Assembly: GCA_963846425.1 (NCBI GenBank)
Contig: CAWJVW010000007.1
Coordinates: forward strand, 13,759 to 77,758
DNA from: an uncultured Acidobacteriota bacterium
Lineage (GTDB): Bacteria > Acidobacteriota > Vicinamibacteria > Vicinamibacterales > UBA2999
Direction of reading: 5' to 3'
Length of the DNA: 64,000 bases
This document shows, in pieces, positions 20,051 to 29,224 of the stretch; position 1 is the stretch's first letter, and every line of letters begins with the position of its first letter. Below the pieces are notes generated by a model. The model ran no database searches and was not told where the DNA came from. It was given only the letters and a program-made list of their open reading frames with translations. The position numbers were made by a program, and so were the translations under genes.

Positions 20051-21395
20051 ACGGCACGTCGGCAAGCGCTTCGAGTCTGGCGACGACGTCACCGACCTCA
20101 GCACCCGTGACGGGGCGAAGCAACTGAAACGTGCCGTCGTCGGCGAGAGGCATTACCCCCGAGGCGACGGCTTCCGAGACAGCCGGGTAACTGAGATGGG
20201 CCTGGCCGACATCTGGGATCTGCAAACGTGCGTCCCGCCACCGTTTCGCCGTCTCTGGCTTCTGCGTGGCGATCAGGTCGAGGACCCGCGACACAGTCTG
20301 TGCAAGATCCCCGCGACGCACGCGGCCGCCCGGTTGAAACGTGTAATTCGGCTGTGTGTCCATCACGCCGCTGCGTACGACAGGAACAATCCACTGCTGA
20401 GCCCAATGTCCCCGGGTGTCCGTGACGACTGCTTGGCGCTGGGCGGCGGCGGTGAGCAGCGTGGCGAGACGCACGCCAATCATCGCCGCGACGTCGCCGC
20501 GCGTGGCCACAGGCGCGGCCGGAATTGCTCGGTACTCCTCCGGCATCGTGGCGAGGGCCGCGGCCTCGCGCAATCGCTCGAGACGATCGACGGGCACTTC
20601 GGCTGAATCAAGCGCAAGCGTCTTTTCGTAGATTTCGAGCGCGCCTGCAACATCCCCCTGTTCCTCGAGGATCGCGGCAATTTGCCCCCAGGACCGCGCA
20701 TCGGTGGGATCGAGCGAGACCGCCTTTCGAAAGTGCTCGAGCGCCTGGATCGGGTCGTTCGCCTTGCGGTTGACCAAGGCCAGGTCGCGGTAGAGGAAGG
20801 CGGATTCTGGGGAGGCGGAAATAGCCTGCGCATATGCGGCGCGGGCTTCATCCCATCGGCCAGCGTCGCTCGCTGCCTTGGCGCGCGCGAGGTTGTCCTG
20901 CAGGGCTCGCACCCGCAAGACCTCGATCCGCCCCTTCAGGTCGGTCAGCGACGGATCGGCGGAAAGGGCCGCTTCGAGGCTCGCCAGCGCGTCGCCGTCC
21001 CTTCCCAGTTCGAGCAAGGCACGTCCGCGACCGAGCAGTGCCGGCACATAACTGCTCGTTGTCGCCAGCGCGCGGTCGAATCGACCGACGGCGTCCTTCG
21101 CATCCTTACGTGCCAGCTCGAGATATCCGAGCGCGGTTTCGGCCGGATGAAACGTGGGTTGGTCTTTCAGTGCGGCCTGAAACTCGCGTTCGGCAGCCCG
21201 GAAATTGTTCTCCTGCAAGTACCGCCACCCTGTTTCGACGCGCGTGACCTGAACAGCGTCAGTCCCATCCGGAACGGTCGGGTAGCGGAAGTCGGGATGG
21301 CTGGGAGCCGACGGAACCGGCGGAGCGGCCGCCGGACGGGCCGCACACGATGCAGTGAGCAACCCGATGAAGAATATCGTCGCGACTTTACCCAC
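20049..21395 (-). CDS. TPR-repeat lipoprotein with C-terminal SLH-like domains
   Basis: GTG start overlapping hflX end, lipobox LLTASC, TPR-like helices, TDTRGHWAQQWI / FQPGGRVRRGDLA / VTGAE SLH-like motifs. Confidence 0.75.
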   Translation of the reverse strand: MGKVATIFFIGLLTASCAARPAAAPPVPSAPSHPDFRYPTVPDGTDAVQVTRVETGWRYLQENNFRAAEREFQAALKDQPTFHPAETALGYLELARKDAKDAVGRFDRALATTSSYVPALLGRGRALLELGRDGDALASLEAALSADPSLTDLKGRIEVLRVRALQDNLARAKAASDAGRWDEARAAYAQAISASPESAFLYRDLALVNRKANDPIQALEHFRKAVSLDPTDARSWGQIAAILEEQGDVAGALEIYEKTLALDSAEVPVDRLERLREAAALATMPEEYRAIPAAPVATRGDVAAMIGVRLATLLTAAAQRQAVVTDTRGHWAQQWIVPVVRSGVMDTQPNYTFQPGGRVRRGDLAQTVSRVLDLIATQKPETAKRWRDARLQIPDVGQAHLSYPAVSEAVASGVMPLADDGTFQLLRPVTGAEVGDVVARLEALADVP

Positions 21396-22758
21396 GACGC
21401 CCTCCCACTGCACGAGTGGTGCCGGCGGGCTGGACACGATCGAGCAGACGTCGCGGGACATCGGCTTCGATCGTCGCGCGATCGCCCTGCATCACCTGAC
21501 TGTGCACACGCGCGTGGCGATAGAGCCACGAGAGCCGTTCGCGGTCGCTCTCTGACGTCAGGTCGAGCGCGAGGGAGATCCTAACCTGGTCAAGCGCAAC
21601 GCGCGCCGCGACCGTCTCGAGCAACTCATCGCACCCTTCGCCGGTCGCCGCAGAAATCAGGATCGCCGACGGATCGGCATCCGCAAGCCGTCGGCGTTCG
21701 TCTGGCGTCAGGCGATCTCCCTTGTTGTAGACCTCGATGCGGGCGACTTCGGTTGCGCCCACCTCTTCCAGAACGCGGCCGACCGCAGCCATGTGCCGAT
21801 CGCGCTCGGGTGAAGAGGCATCGATCACGTGGAGCACGAGATCGGCCTCGGCGGTCTCTTCGAGCGTCGCGCGAAAGGCCGCGACAAGGGCATGGGGCAG
21901 GCGATCGATGAATCCGACGGTATCTGACAGGAGCAGCTCGCGTCGATCGGGCAGCTTCACACGTCGCACCAATGGATCGAGGGTCACGAAAAGCGCGTCT
22001 GAAGCCACCGCGTTCGACTCGGTGAGCCGGTTGAAAAGCGTGGTCTTGCCTGCGTTGGTATACCCGACCAACGCCACGGTGGGCACCGCCGTTTTCTGCC
22101 GTCGGTCACGAAGCTGCGAACGGCGCTGCCGGACATCGTTGATATCTTGCTGGAGGACGTGAATGCGATTGCGAATCCGGCGGCGATCGGTCTCGAGTTT
22201 GGTTTCACCGGGGCCACGTGTGCCGATGCCGCCGCCAAGCCGTGACAGTTCCAAGCCAGCGCCGACCAGACGCGGCAGAAGGTACTTCAACTGTGCGAGC
22301 TCGACTTGCAACTTACCTTCGCGGGTGCGGGCACGCCGCGCAAAGATATCGAGGATTAGTTGCGTTCGATCGATGACTTTCAGAGCCAGCCGCTTCTGCA
22401 ACTCGCGTAGCTGCGCGGGAGACAATTCGTTGTCGAAGATCACGACGTCAACGTCCGCCTCGGCCGCGGCACGGGCAAGCAGATCCACTTTGCCGCTGCC
22501 GAGAAAAGTGGCTGAGTCCGGTTTTGGCCGCTCCTGCAGGACACGAAGCACGACTAGCCCGCCGGCAGCGTCGGCAAGTCCGGCCAGCTCCTCCAGGGAG
22601 TGTTCGGCGTCGATCCGGCGATTGTTGCCAGTAACGAGACCGACCAGGGCCGCTCGTTCCCTTCGACTCGCGTGATCCTTTGCTCGCTCAGTGCTGGCCG
22701 CCGTTTTGTACAGGACTTGCGGGGTAGATGACACGAGCGCGGAACGCCGATCAGGCAT
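21388..22758 (-). CDS. hflX: Ribosome-splitting GTPase HflX
   Basis: GIGTRGPGETKLE, GYTNAGKTT, FVTLDP, DTVGF, NKGD. Confidence 0.96.
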   Translation of the reverse strand: MPDRRSALVSSTPQVLYKTAASTERAKDHASRRERAALVGLVTGNNRRIDAEHSLEELAGLADAAGGLVVLRVLQERPKPDSATFLGSGKVDLLARAAAEADVDVVIFDNELSPAQLRELQKRLALKVIDRTQLILDIFARRARTREGKLQVELAQLKYLLPRLVGAGLELSRLGGGIGTRGPGETKLETDRRRIRNRIHVLQQDINDVRQRRSQLRDRRQKTAVPTVALVGYTNAGKTTLFNRLTESNAVASDALFVTLDPLVRRVKLPDRRELLLSDTVGFIDRLPHALVAAFRATLEETAEADLVLHVIDASSPERDRHMAAVGRVLEEVGATEVARIEVYNKGDRLTPDERRRLADADPSAILISAATGEGCDELLETVAARVALDQVRISLALDLTSESDRERLSWLYRHARVHSQVMQGDRATIEADVPRRLLDRVQPAGTTRAVGGRRG

Positions 22759-22818
22759 GCTCTCAACGTAATGTTAGCACGCGCACTTTGCAGCCCCGGC
22801 TCGTGCGGTGCACAGGCG

Positions 22819-22846
22819 TTGAAAGAACTGCCGGGGTTCATATAAT
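22819..22846 (+). promoter_or_regulatory. sigma70-type promoter, probably giving a leaderless transcript
   Basis: TTGAAA (22819-24), 16 nt, TATAAT (22841-46), GTG start 7 nt downstream. Confidence 0.6.
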
Positions 22847-22853
22847 CCCGTTG

Positions 22854-24062
22854 GTGCCGGACATCCCTGCCGAGTTTGTTCTCTTCGCGCTCACTCTCGT
22901 CGGCGTCGCTTTTACACATCATCGTGCGCTGCAAATTGCGGCCGTGGGACTGGTTACCATTGCGCTCTATAAAGTTTTCTTCAGCGGCTTCGCAGAGGGT
23001 ACCGGGTTCGAGGGCCTGGCCAGTCACCTTCGTGAGGAATGGGTCGTCCTGACCAACCTGGCCGGACTCTTGCTCGGCTTCGCACTGCTCTCACGACACT
23101 TCGAAGAAAGCCGCGTACCGAAAGCGTTGCCGCAATTTCTGCCCACAAACTGGACGGGCGCGTTTGTTCTGCTCGTCATGGTATTCGTGCTGTCGTCGTT
23201 TCTCGACAACATCGCCGCTGCGCTCATCGGCGGCGCGATGGCGCATTCGCTGTTCCCCTCCGTTCATACTGGTTTCATCGCGGCCATCGTGGCCGCGTCC
23301 AATGCCGGCGGGTCGGGGAGCGTCGTCGGCGACACGACGACGACGATGATGTGGATCGATCGGGTGTCGCCGGTCCAGGTGTTTCACGCGTATGTGGCCG
23401 CGGTCACGGCGTTGTGCGTGTGTGGCATTCCGGCGGCGTTCCAACAGCACCGTCACGCCCCAATGATTCACCCCACGCCCGGCGCCGTTTGCATCGACTG
23501 GGTGCGAGTCAGCATCGTCGTTCTCATCCTCGCCGCGGCGATTGGCGTCAATGTGATCGTGAATACGCAATTCCCCGAGTATTCAGACGCGTTCCCCTTT
23601 CTTGGCGCGTCAGTGTGGGTCGTATTGCTGCTCATGTCGGCGGCGCGCCAACCTGATTGGAAGGTGCTGCCGGAATCTGCAAAGAGCGCAGCGTTTTTGC
23701 TCTCCCTGGTGCTCGCCGCATCGATGATGCCGGTCGGACGATTGCCGACGCCCTCGTGGCAGACGACGCTGGGGCTGGGGTTCGTGTCTGCCGTGTTCGA
23801 CAACATCCCGTTGACGGCCCTGGCGCTCGAACAGGGTGGCTATGACTGGGGCATGCTGGCGTATGCGGTTGGCTTCGGCGGATCGATGATCTGGTTTGGT
23901 TCGTCAGCCGGCGTGGCCATCTGCAGCATCTATCCCCACGCGCGTTCGGCCGTTTCATGGGTGCGTGCCGGCTGGCACGTGGCCGTCGCGTACGTGATCG
24001 GATTCTTCGTGCTCCTCGCGATCCTCGGCTGGCATCCCACGCCGAAGGGACTCGTCCAGTAG
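22854..24062 (+). CDS. Ion transporter (IT) superfamily permease, NhaD/CitMHS-like
   Basis: LSSFLDNI, ASNAGGSGSVVGDTTT, SAVFDNIPL, GGSMIWFGSSAG; multi-TM. Confidence 0.8.
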   Translation: MPDIPAEFVLFALTLVGVAFTHHRALQIAAVGLVTIALYKVFFSGFAEGTGFEGLASHLREEWVVLTNLAGLLLGFALLSRHFEESRVPKALPQFLPTNWTGAFVLLVMVFVLSSFLDNIAAALIGGAMAHSLFPSVHTGFIAAIVAASNAGGSGSVVGDTTTTMMWIDRVSPVQVFHAYVAAVTALCVCGIPAAFQQHRHAPMIHPTPGAVCIDWVRVSIVVLILAAAIGVNVIVNTQFPEYSDAFPFLGASVWVVLLLMSAARQPDWKVLPESAKSAAFLLSLVLAASMMPVGRLPTPSWQTTLGLGFVSAVFDNIPLTALALEQGGYDWGMLAYAVGFGGSMIWFGSSAGVAICSIYPHARSAVSWVRAGWHVAVAYVIGFFVLLAILGWHPTPKGLVQ

Positions 24063-24064
24063 GA

Positions 24065-25363
24065 ATGAAGGCCCTCCAGCCGTTTCAAGGCTTCTTTCAA
24101 ACCGAATCCGCCGGTGGCGTCGTTCTCTTCCTGAGTGGCTGCGTCGCCGTCGCGTTGGCGAATTCACCGTGGGCGTCTTACTACCACGACGCATGGAGAC
24201 TGCCGATCTCTATCGACATTGCGGGACGTGAACTGTCACTGACGCTGCTCCAGTGGATCAACGACGGGCTGATGGCCATCTTCTTTCTGCTGGTGGGTCT
24301 CGAGATCAAGCGCGAGCTGATCGCCGGCGAGCTGGCCACCCCCCGGCAGGCGGCGCTCCCCATCGCCGGGGCGATTGGCGGGATGGTGGTGCCGGCGTTG
24401 ATCTACTGGATCTTCAACCCCGGCGGCGCTGCCTCCCGTGGCTGGGGGATCCCCATGGCCACCGACATTGCCTTTGCGCTAGGCGCCTTGTCGCTCATTG
24501 CGCCGCGGGCGCCGCTTGGCGCAAAGGTGTTTCTCGCCGCACTGGCCATCGTGGACGACATGGGCGCGGTGATCGTCATCGCCCTCTTCTACACACAAGA
24601 TATCGTGTGGCCGTCGGTGGCACTTGCAGTGGGAATCGTGGTGGCTCTGATCGCCCTCAACCGGCTGGGCGTGAGACGGTTGAGCCCCTATCTGCTCTTT
24701 GGCATCGCTCTTTGGGTGTTCGTGCACGAATCCGGCGTTCACGCGACGATCGCTGGCGTTTTGCTGGCCTTGACGATTCCAACCCGTACGCGCATCAACG
24801 CCGTTGAATTTTCACGCCAAGCGCGCGAGCTGCTCGACGAATTCGATCGAACGGAGACTGGAGATTTTCTTGTGCTGACGAGCAAGGGTCAGCAGGAGGC
24901 GTTGTTTTCGCTCGAACGCGCAAGTGAGCATGTGACCGAACCCTTACTGCGGCTCGAACACGCGCTCCATTCATTCTCGGCATTTTTCGTGATGCCCATC
25001 TTCGCGTTCGCTAACGCAGGTGTGTCGCTGACGGGCATCACCGCGGACGTCGGCGTGACGACCGGTGCGGCATTGGGGCTGATCCTCGGTAAGCCCATGG
25101 GGATCATGGCGGCGTCGTATGCCGCCATCGCCCTGGGCCGCGCCACGTTGCCGGCGGAGGTGACACTCGGGATGCTTCATGGCTGCGCGTGGCTCGGCGG
25201 TATAGGGTTTACCATGTCTCTCTTCATCGCGGCCCTGGCGTTTGGTGACAGCCCGCAACTCGAGGCGGCAAAGACCGGGATCATTGTTGCGTCCGTGGTT
25301 GCGGGAGCCGTAGCAACGCTGGTGCTCCGACGGGCGCTGGGCAATGACCCGAGCCCCGCCTGA
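24065..25363 (+). CDS. nhaA: Na+/H+ antiporter NhaA
   Basis: WINDGLMAIFF, GWGIPMATDIAFALG, LAIVDD, SGVHAT, GIGFTMSLFI. Confidence 0.96.
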   Translation: MKALQPFQGFFQTESAGGVVLFLSGCVAVALANSPWASYYHDAWRLPISIDIAGRELSLTLLQWINDGLMAIFFLLVGLEIKRELIAGELATPRQAALPIAGAIGGMVVPALIYWIFNPGGAASRGWGIPMATDIAFALGALSLIAPRAPLGAKVFLAALAIVDDMGAVIVIALFYTQDIVWPSVALAVGIVVALIALNRLGVRRLSPYLLFGIALWVFVHESGVHATIAGVLLALTIPTRTRINAVEFSRQARELLDEFDRTETGDFLVLTSKGQQEALFSLERASEHVTEPLLRLEHALHSFSAFFVMPIFAFANAGVSLTGITADVGVTTGAALGLILGKPMGIMAASYAAIALGRATLPAEVTLGMLHGCAWLGGIGFTMSLFIAALAFGDSPQLEAAKTGIIVASVVAGAVATLVLRRALGNDPSPA

Positions 25364-25372
25364 GAGGTCTCC

Positions 25373-25516
25373 GTGGCAAAGAAGAAAAGCTCGCGACGAA
25401 AGCCACGCCTCCCGCGCGTGCCGTTACCTCGTCAAACCGGCGGCGTGCACGAGGACAAGTCGAAGCGTCCGTTCAGGAAGCAGAAGCATCGGAAGCGGCC
25501 CACGGACGAGGGTTGA
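25373..25516 (+). CDS. Small Lys/Arg-rich protein (47 aa), not in the ORF track
   Basis: GAGAGG SD then GTG: MAKKKSSRRKPRLPRVPLPRQTGGVHEDKSKRPFRKQKHRKRPTDEG. Confidence 0.55.
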   Translation: MAKKKSSRRKPRLPRVPLPRQTGGVHEDKSKRPFRKQKHRKRPTDEG

Positions 25517-26999
25517 ATACCTCGCGCATGCGCCGCGAAAGACGTTGCTGCGACGACTCGCGGTTCTGATGTGTTTGGTCCGACACCTCGTCCAGAATCC
25601 GCCTAGCCCAATGGCCCGCACTCGCTCGAGCGACCACGCAACGCATCCGACGCATTCGATCGCGCTGCTCGGAGGCTGGCATCGCAAGGGCAGTCCCCAA
25701 GGCAGTGGCGGCAGCGTCGAGGTCGTACGGATTGACGATCAGGGCATCCTTGAGTTCCTGTGCAGCGCCGGCAAACAGGCTCAGGACGAGTACGCCACGT
25801 TCGTCGTCTCTCGCGCACACAAACTCCTTGCTCACCAGGTTCATGCCGTCGTGCAGGCTGCCGACATAGCAGAAGTCCGAGCCCCGAAGAAACCGTGCCA
25901 CTGTTTGCGGCGTGTGATGTCCCTCGATGAGACGAATCGGACCTTCGGCCTCCCTGGAGAATTTCCGGTTGATACGAACAGCCGTCTCCAGCACGCGCGC
26001 CCGCGTGTGCCGGTATGCGGGCAACACTTCCCGGCTTGGCTCGACCAGCTGAACGAACACGAACCGGTCGACGAGATCCGGGCGATGTTCGAGCAGCCAC
26101 TCGAGAGCCAGAAACTTCTGCTCGATGCCTTTGGTGTAATCCAGGCGATCGACTCCCACGCCTACGAGAGTCGTCTGGTCGATCCCGAGCTCATGCCGAA
26201 TGTCGACGCGACACTCGCTCACAGAGGGTGACTCGTTCCAGTGGCCCGGCCACGCGATCGAAGCCGGAAACACGCCAATCGACACCCGGCGATGCTTGTA
26301 CGTCACAGCACTGTCGCCGTGATCGACTTCGGCCTGAAGCAAGTGCTCGACGGAGGCAAGGAAATGATCGCGGTCAGCGATGGTCTGAAAGCCGATGCTC
26401 GTGCTCCCCAGCAGACCCTCGAGAATCGCACGGCTCCACGGACACAGCGCAAACGTCTCCGGGCGCGGCCAGGGGATGTGCCAGAACGTGCCGATGCGAC
26501 TTAGGGGTAGCTGTCGGCGGATCAGCAGGGGCGCGAGCGCGAAGTGATAGTCCTGCACGAGGACGATTGGTGAGGGCCCGATGGCTTCCTCGGAGACGGT
26601 ATCCGCAAATCGACGGTTTACGATCTCGTAAGCGTGGAAATGAGCCGGGTAGAACGCTGGTTCGACCGACGTCCGATGACACAACGGCCACAACGCGGCA
26701 TTTGAAAACCCTGCGTAGTAGCCATGTTGCTCGATTTCCGTCAGCCAGACTCGGCGGAGGCGATACCGCGGCGCCCCCGGGGGGACGAAAACGCCGTGAC
26801 GGTCTGACGCGCCTTCACGGTCCGCCTCACCGACTCCTTCTGAGATCCAGACACCGGAGTGTGCCAGCAGCAACGGTTCCACGGCATTGACGACACCCGA
26901 CGCCGACCGCGACACGATCAACCGGCCGTCGCCATCGTGCAGGTGACGATAGGGCTCGCGATTGGCCACGACGATGAGCTGAGGATGTTGGTGGCGCAT
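25473..26999 (-). CDS. otsA: Trehalose-6-phosphate synthase (GT20)
   Basis: VVANREP, LWPLCH, VQDYH, FWHIPWP, GVDRLDYTKGI, DGMNLVSKEF, LSLFAGAA; start ATG 26999 or GTG 27005. Confidence 0.88.
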   Translation of the reverse strand: MRHQHPQLIVVANREPYRHLHDGDGRLIVSRSASGVVNAVEPLLLAHSGVWISEGVGEADREGASDRHGVFVPPGAPRYRLRRVWLTEIEQHGYYAGFSNAALWPLCHRTSVEPAFYPAHFHAYEIVNRRFADTVSEEAIGPSPIVLVQDYHFALAPLLIRRQLPLSRIGTFWHIPWPRPETFALCPWSRAILEGLLGSTSIGFQTIADRDHFLASVEHLLQAEVDHGDSAVTYKHRRVSIGVFPASIAWPGHWNESPSVSECRVDIRHELGIDQTTLVGVGVDRLDYTKGIEQKFLALEWLLEHRPDLVDRFVFVQLVEPSREVLPAYRHTRARVLETAVRINRKFSREAEGPIRLIEGHHTPQTVARFLRGSDFCYVGSLHDGMNLVSKEFVCARDDERGVLVLSLFAGAAQELKDALIVNPYDLDAAATALGTALAMPASEQRDRMRRMRCVVARASAGHWARRILDEVSDQTHQNRESSQQRLSRRMREVFNPRPWAASDASAS

Positions 27000-27193
27000 C
27001 TTCACAGTTAAGCGGGCGGGGCGAATCGAAGGAATCCAGTCAACAGGGGAAACCCGTGATATTTGAACCGGAGACAGGCGGTTCTCCGACGGAAGCTCGA
27101 CCTTGGGCAGCTGCCGCTCCCCTATTGACGGGATGTTTCGCGCAGCGTCAAACCATTACGCTTGAGGCATGAGATGCAGGAGGGGCTGAAGCC

Positions 27194-28558
27194 ATGAGGT
27201 TTCGCACATGGCCCGTCGCGGCCGTGGGACTGACCGCGCTGTTGCTGCTGGTGGTGTTTTCGGTCTCGACGGCATCACGGCGGGCGCAGGAAATCTACAC
27301 GCACCTCGATGCGCTCAACACCGACAATCGCGAAGTAGAGTCAAAGCTGCGGCAGCTCCGCGTCGATGTGCACTTGTCCGGGATCTACGTCCGCGATTAC
27401 TTGCTGGACTCAGCCCGCGAGCGGGCGCCGGAATATCGACAGCGGCTGGCCGCGTTGCGGGAGACCAATCGCGTGACGCTCGCCGAGCTGCTGGCGATCG
27501 CGCGCGGCCGCGGCGAAGACGACAGCCGCATTCTGAGCCTCGAAGCCAAGCTCCACGATTACTGGGAGGGCTTCGAGCCCCTTTTTGACTGGACGGTCCC
27601 CGAGAAAATCAACCGGAGCGCGAGCTTCTTGCGCCGCGAAGTGCTGCCGCGACGCGAGGCCGTCATGACGATGGCCCAGGAGATCGAGGAGCTCAATCAT
27701 GCGAACCTCATCACGCAGCGTGCCGAAGTCACCCGTCAGCACGCCGCTTTCCGGACCGAGCTGTACAACCTCGTCTGGCGGACACTCATCGTGGGCCTGG
27801 TCCTCGCCGTTCCCGCGGTGATTCGACTGCGCGTGCTCGAACGCCGATCCGAGCAGCAGAAAGATCTGGCGCGTGAGGCCGAGCATCAGATGCGCGAGCT
27901 CTCACAACAGCTTGTGGCGGCGCAGGAAGAAGAGCGGCGCAAGCTGTCCCGTGAGCTGCACGACCACGTCGGTCAGACGTTGACGGCGCTCAGAATGGAG
28001 CTGGGACGCATCGACCGGCTTCGGGTCGGCGCGAATCCGCGCCTCGCGTCAACGGTCGGTGAATGCCGGCAACTCGTCGATGACATGGTGCATACCGTAC
28101 GAGATCTCGCGCTTGGCCTGCGTCCGAGCATGCTCGACGATTTTGGTCTGCAGCCCGCGCTGGAGTGGCAGGCACGGGACTTCACCAGGCGTTCGAACGT
28201 CCCTGTCGACTTGGCGATGACGGGCGCGCTCGACTCGCTGAGCGATCAGCATCGCACGTGTATTTATCGAGTCGTGCAGGAGTCGTTGACCAATTGCGTA
28301 CGCCACGCACGAGCCGGGCGCATCAGCGTTGGGGTTCACGCACATCGGGACGCGCTCGAAGTATCTGTGAGCGACGATGGCGTAGGTCTGGACCCCACCC
28401 GGCGTCGCTCCGGATTTGGGTTGCGGGGTATCGAGGAACGCGTCCGGGAGCTCGGGGGACGTGTCAGTCTGCAGAGCGCGTCAGGCCAGGGCGCGACGCT
28501 GGCCATCTGGCTCCCCCTCGACAGCATGGAGCCCACGCTTGCGCGTTCTGCTAGCTGA
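27194..28558 (+). CDS. Membrane sensor histidine kinase (HisKA_3, NarX/UhpB type)
   Basis: Two TMs, EERRKLSRELHDHVGQ, QESLTNCVRHA, DDGVG, GFGLRG. Confidence 0.93.
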   Translation: MRFRTWPVAAVGLTALLLLVVFSVSTASRRAQEIYTHLDALNTDNREVESKLRQLRVDVHLSGIYVRDYLLDSARERAPEYRQRLAALRETNRVTLAELLAIARGRGEDDSRILSLEAKLHDYWEGFEPLFDWTVPEKINRSASFLRREVLPRREAVMTMAQEIEELNHANLITQRAEVTRQHAAFRTELYNLVWRTLIVGLVLAVPAVIRLRVLERRSEQQKDLAREAEHQMRELSQQLVAAQEEERRKLSRELHDHVGQTLTALRMELGRIDRLRVGANPRLASTVGECRQLVDDMVHTVRDLALGLRPSMLDDFGLQPALEWQARDFTRRSNVPVDLAMTGALDSLSDQHRTCIYRVVQESLTNCVRHARAGRISVGVHAHRDALEVSVSDDGVGLDPTRRRSGFGLRGIEERVRELGGRVSLQSASGQGATLAIWLPLDSMEPTLARSAS

Positions 28559-29180
28559 CGACCACGCCATTGTCCGACGGGGACTGCGCAGCCTGATCGA
28601 GTCGGAACCCGGCATTGCGGTCGTCGGGGAAGCGGCCGACGGGCTCGAAGCACTCCGCATGTGCGACGAGCTTCATCCGGACGCGATCATTCTCGACGTC
28701 GCGATGCCCAAGCTGAATGGCATCGAAGTCGCCGAACGTGTACAGAAGCTCCAACGCGCGCCCAGTGTGATCATCCTGAGCATGCATGCCGACGAGTCGT
28801 ACATCATTCGCGCCCTCGCGGCCGGAGCGCGTGCCTACCTTCTAAAGGACGCGACCGACGAAGATTTGATGCCCGCGCTGCGTGCGGTGGCGGCCGGCAA
28901 ACCCTTCTTCAGTCCGAGCGTTACGGCTGTTTTGATCGAGGATTACGTTCGGCAATTGCAGGCGCGCGGGTTGACTGATTCCTATCATTTGCTCACCGAT
29001 CGCGAGCGCGAGGTGCTGCAACTACTGGCGGAGGGACGGTCCAACAAAGAAGTGGCTGTGTTGCTCGATGTCGGTGTGTCAACGGTCGAGACCCACCGCG
29101 CGAATCTGATGCAGAAGCTCAACCTTCACAACACGGCGGAAATAGTGTTGTACGCCGTCCGTAAACGGATCATCGTCTGA
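28539..29180 (+). CDS. NarL/LuxR family response regulator
   Basis: LRVLLADDH, LDVAMP, LTDREREVL, TVETHRANLMQKL; TTG start at 28539. Confidence 0.93.
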   Translation: MRVLLADDHAIVRRGLRSLIESEPGIAVVGEAADGLEALRMCDELHPDAIILDVAMPKLNGIEVAERVQKLQRAPSVIILSMHADESYIIRALAAGARAYLLKDATDEDLMPALRAVAAGKPFFSPSVTAVLIEDYVRQLQARGLTDSYHLLTDREREVLQLLAEGRSNKEVAVLLDVGVSTVETHRANLMQKLNLHNTAEIVLYAVRKRIIV

Positions 29181-29224
29181 CCATGTGAGGCGGTCACGCT
29201 TGAACCGGGCACTCATGACCCAGT

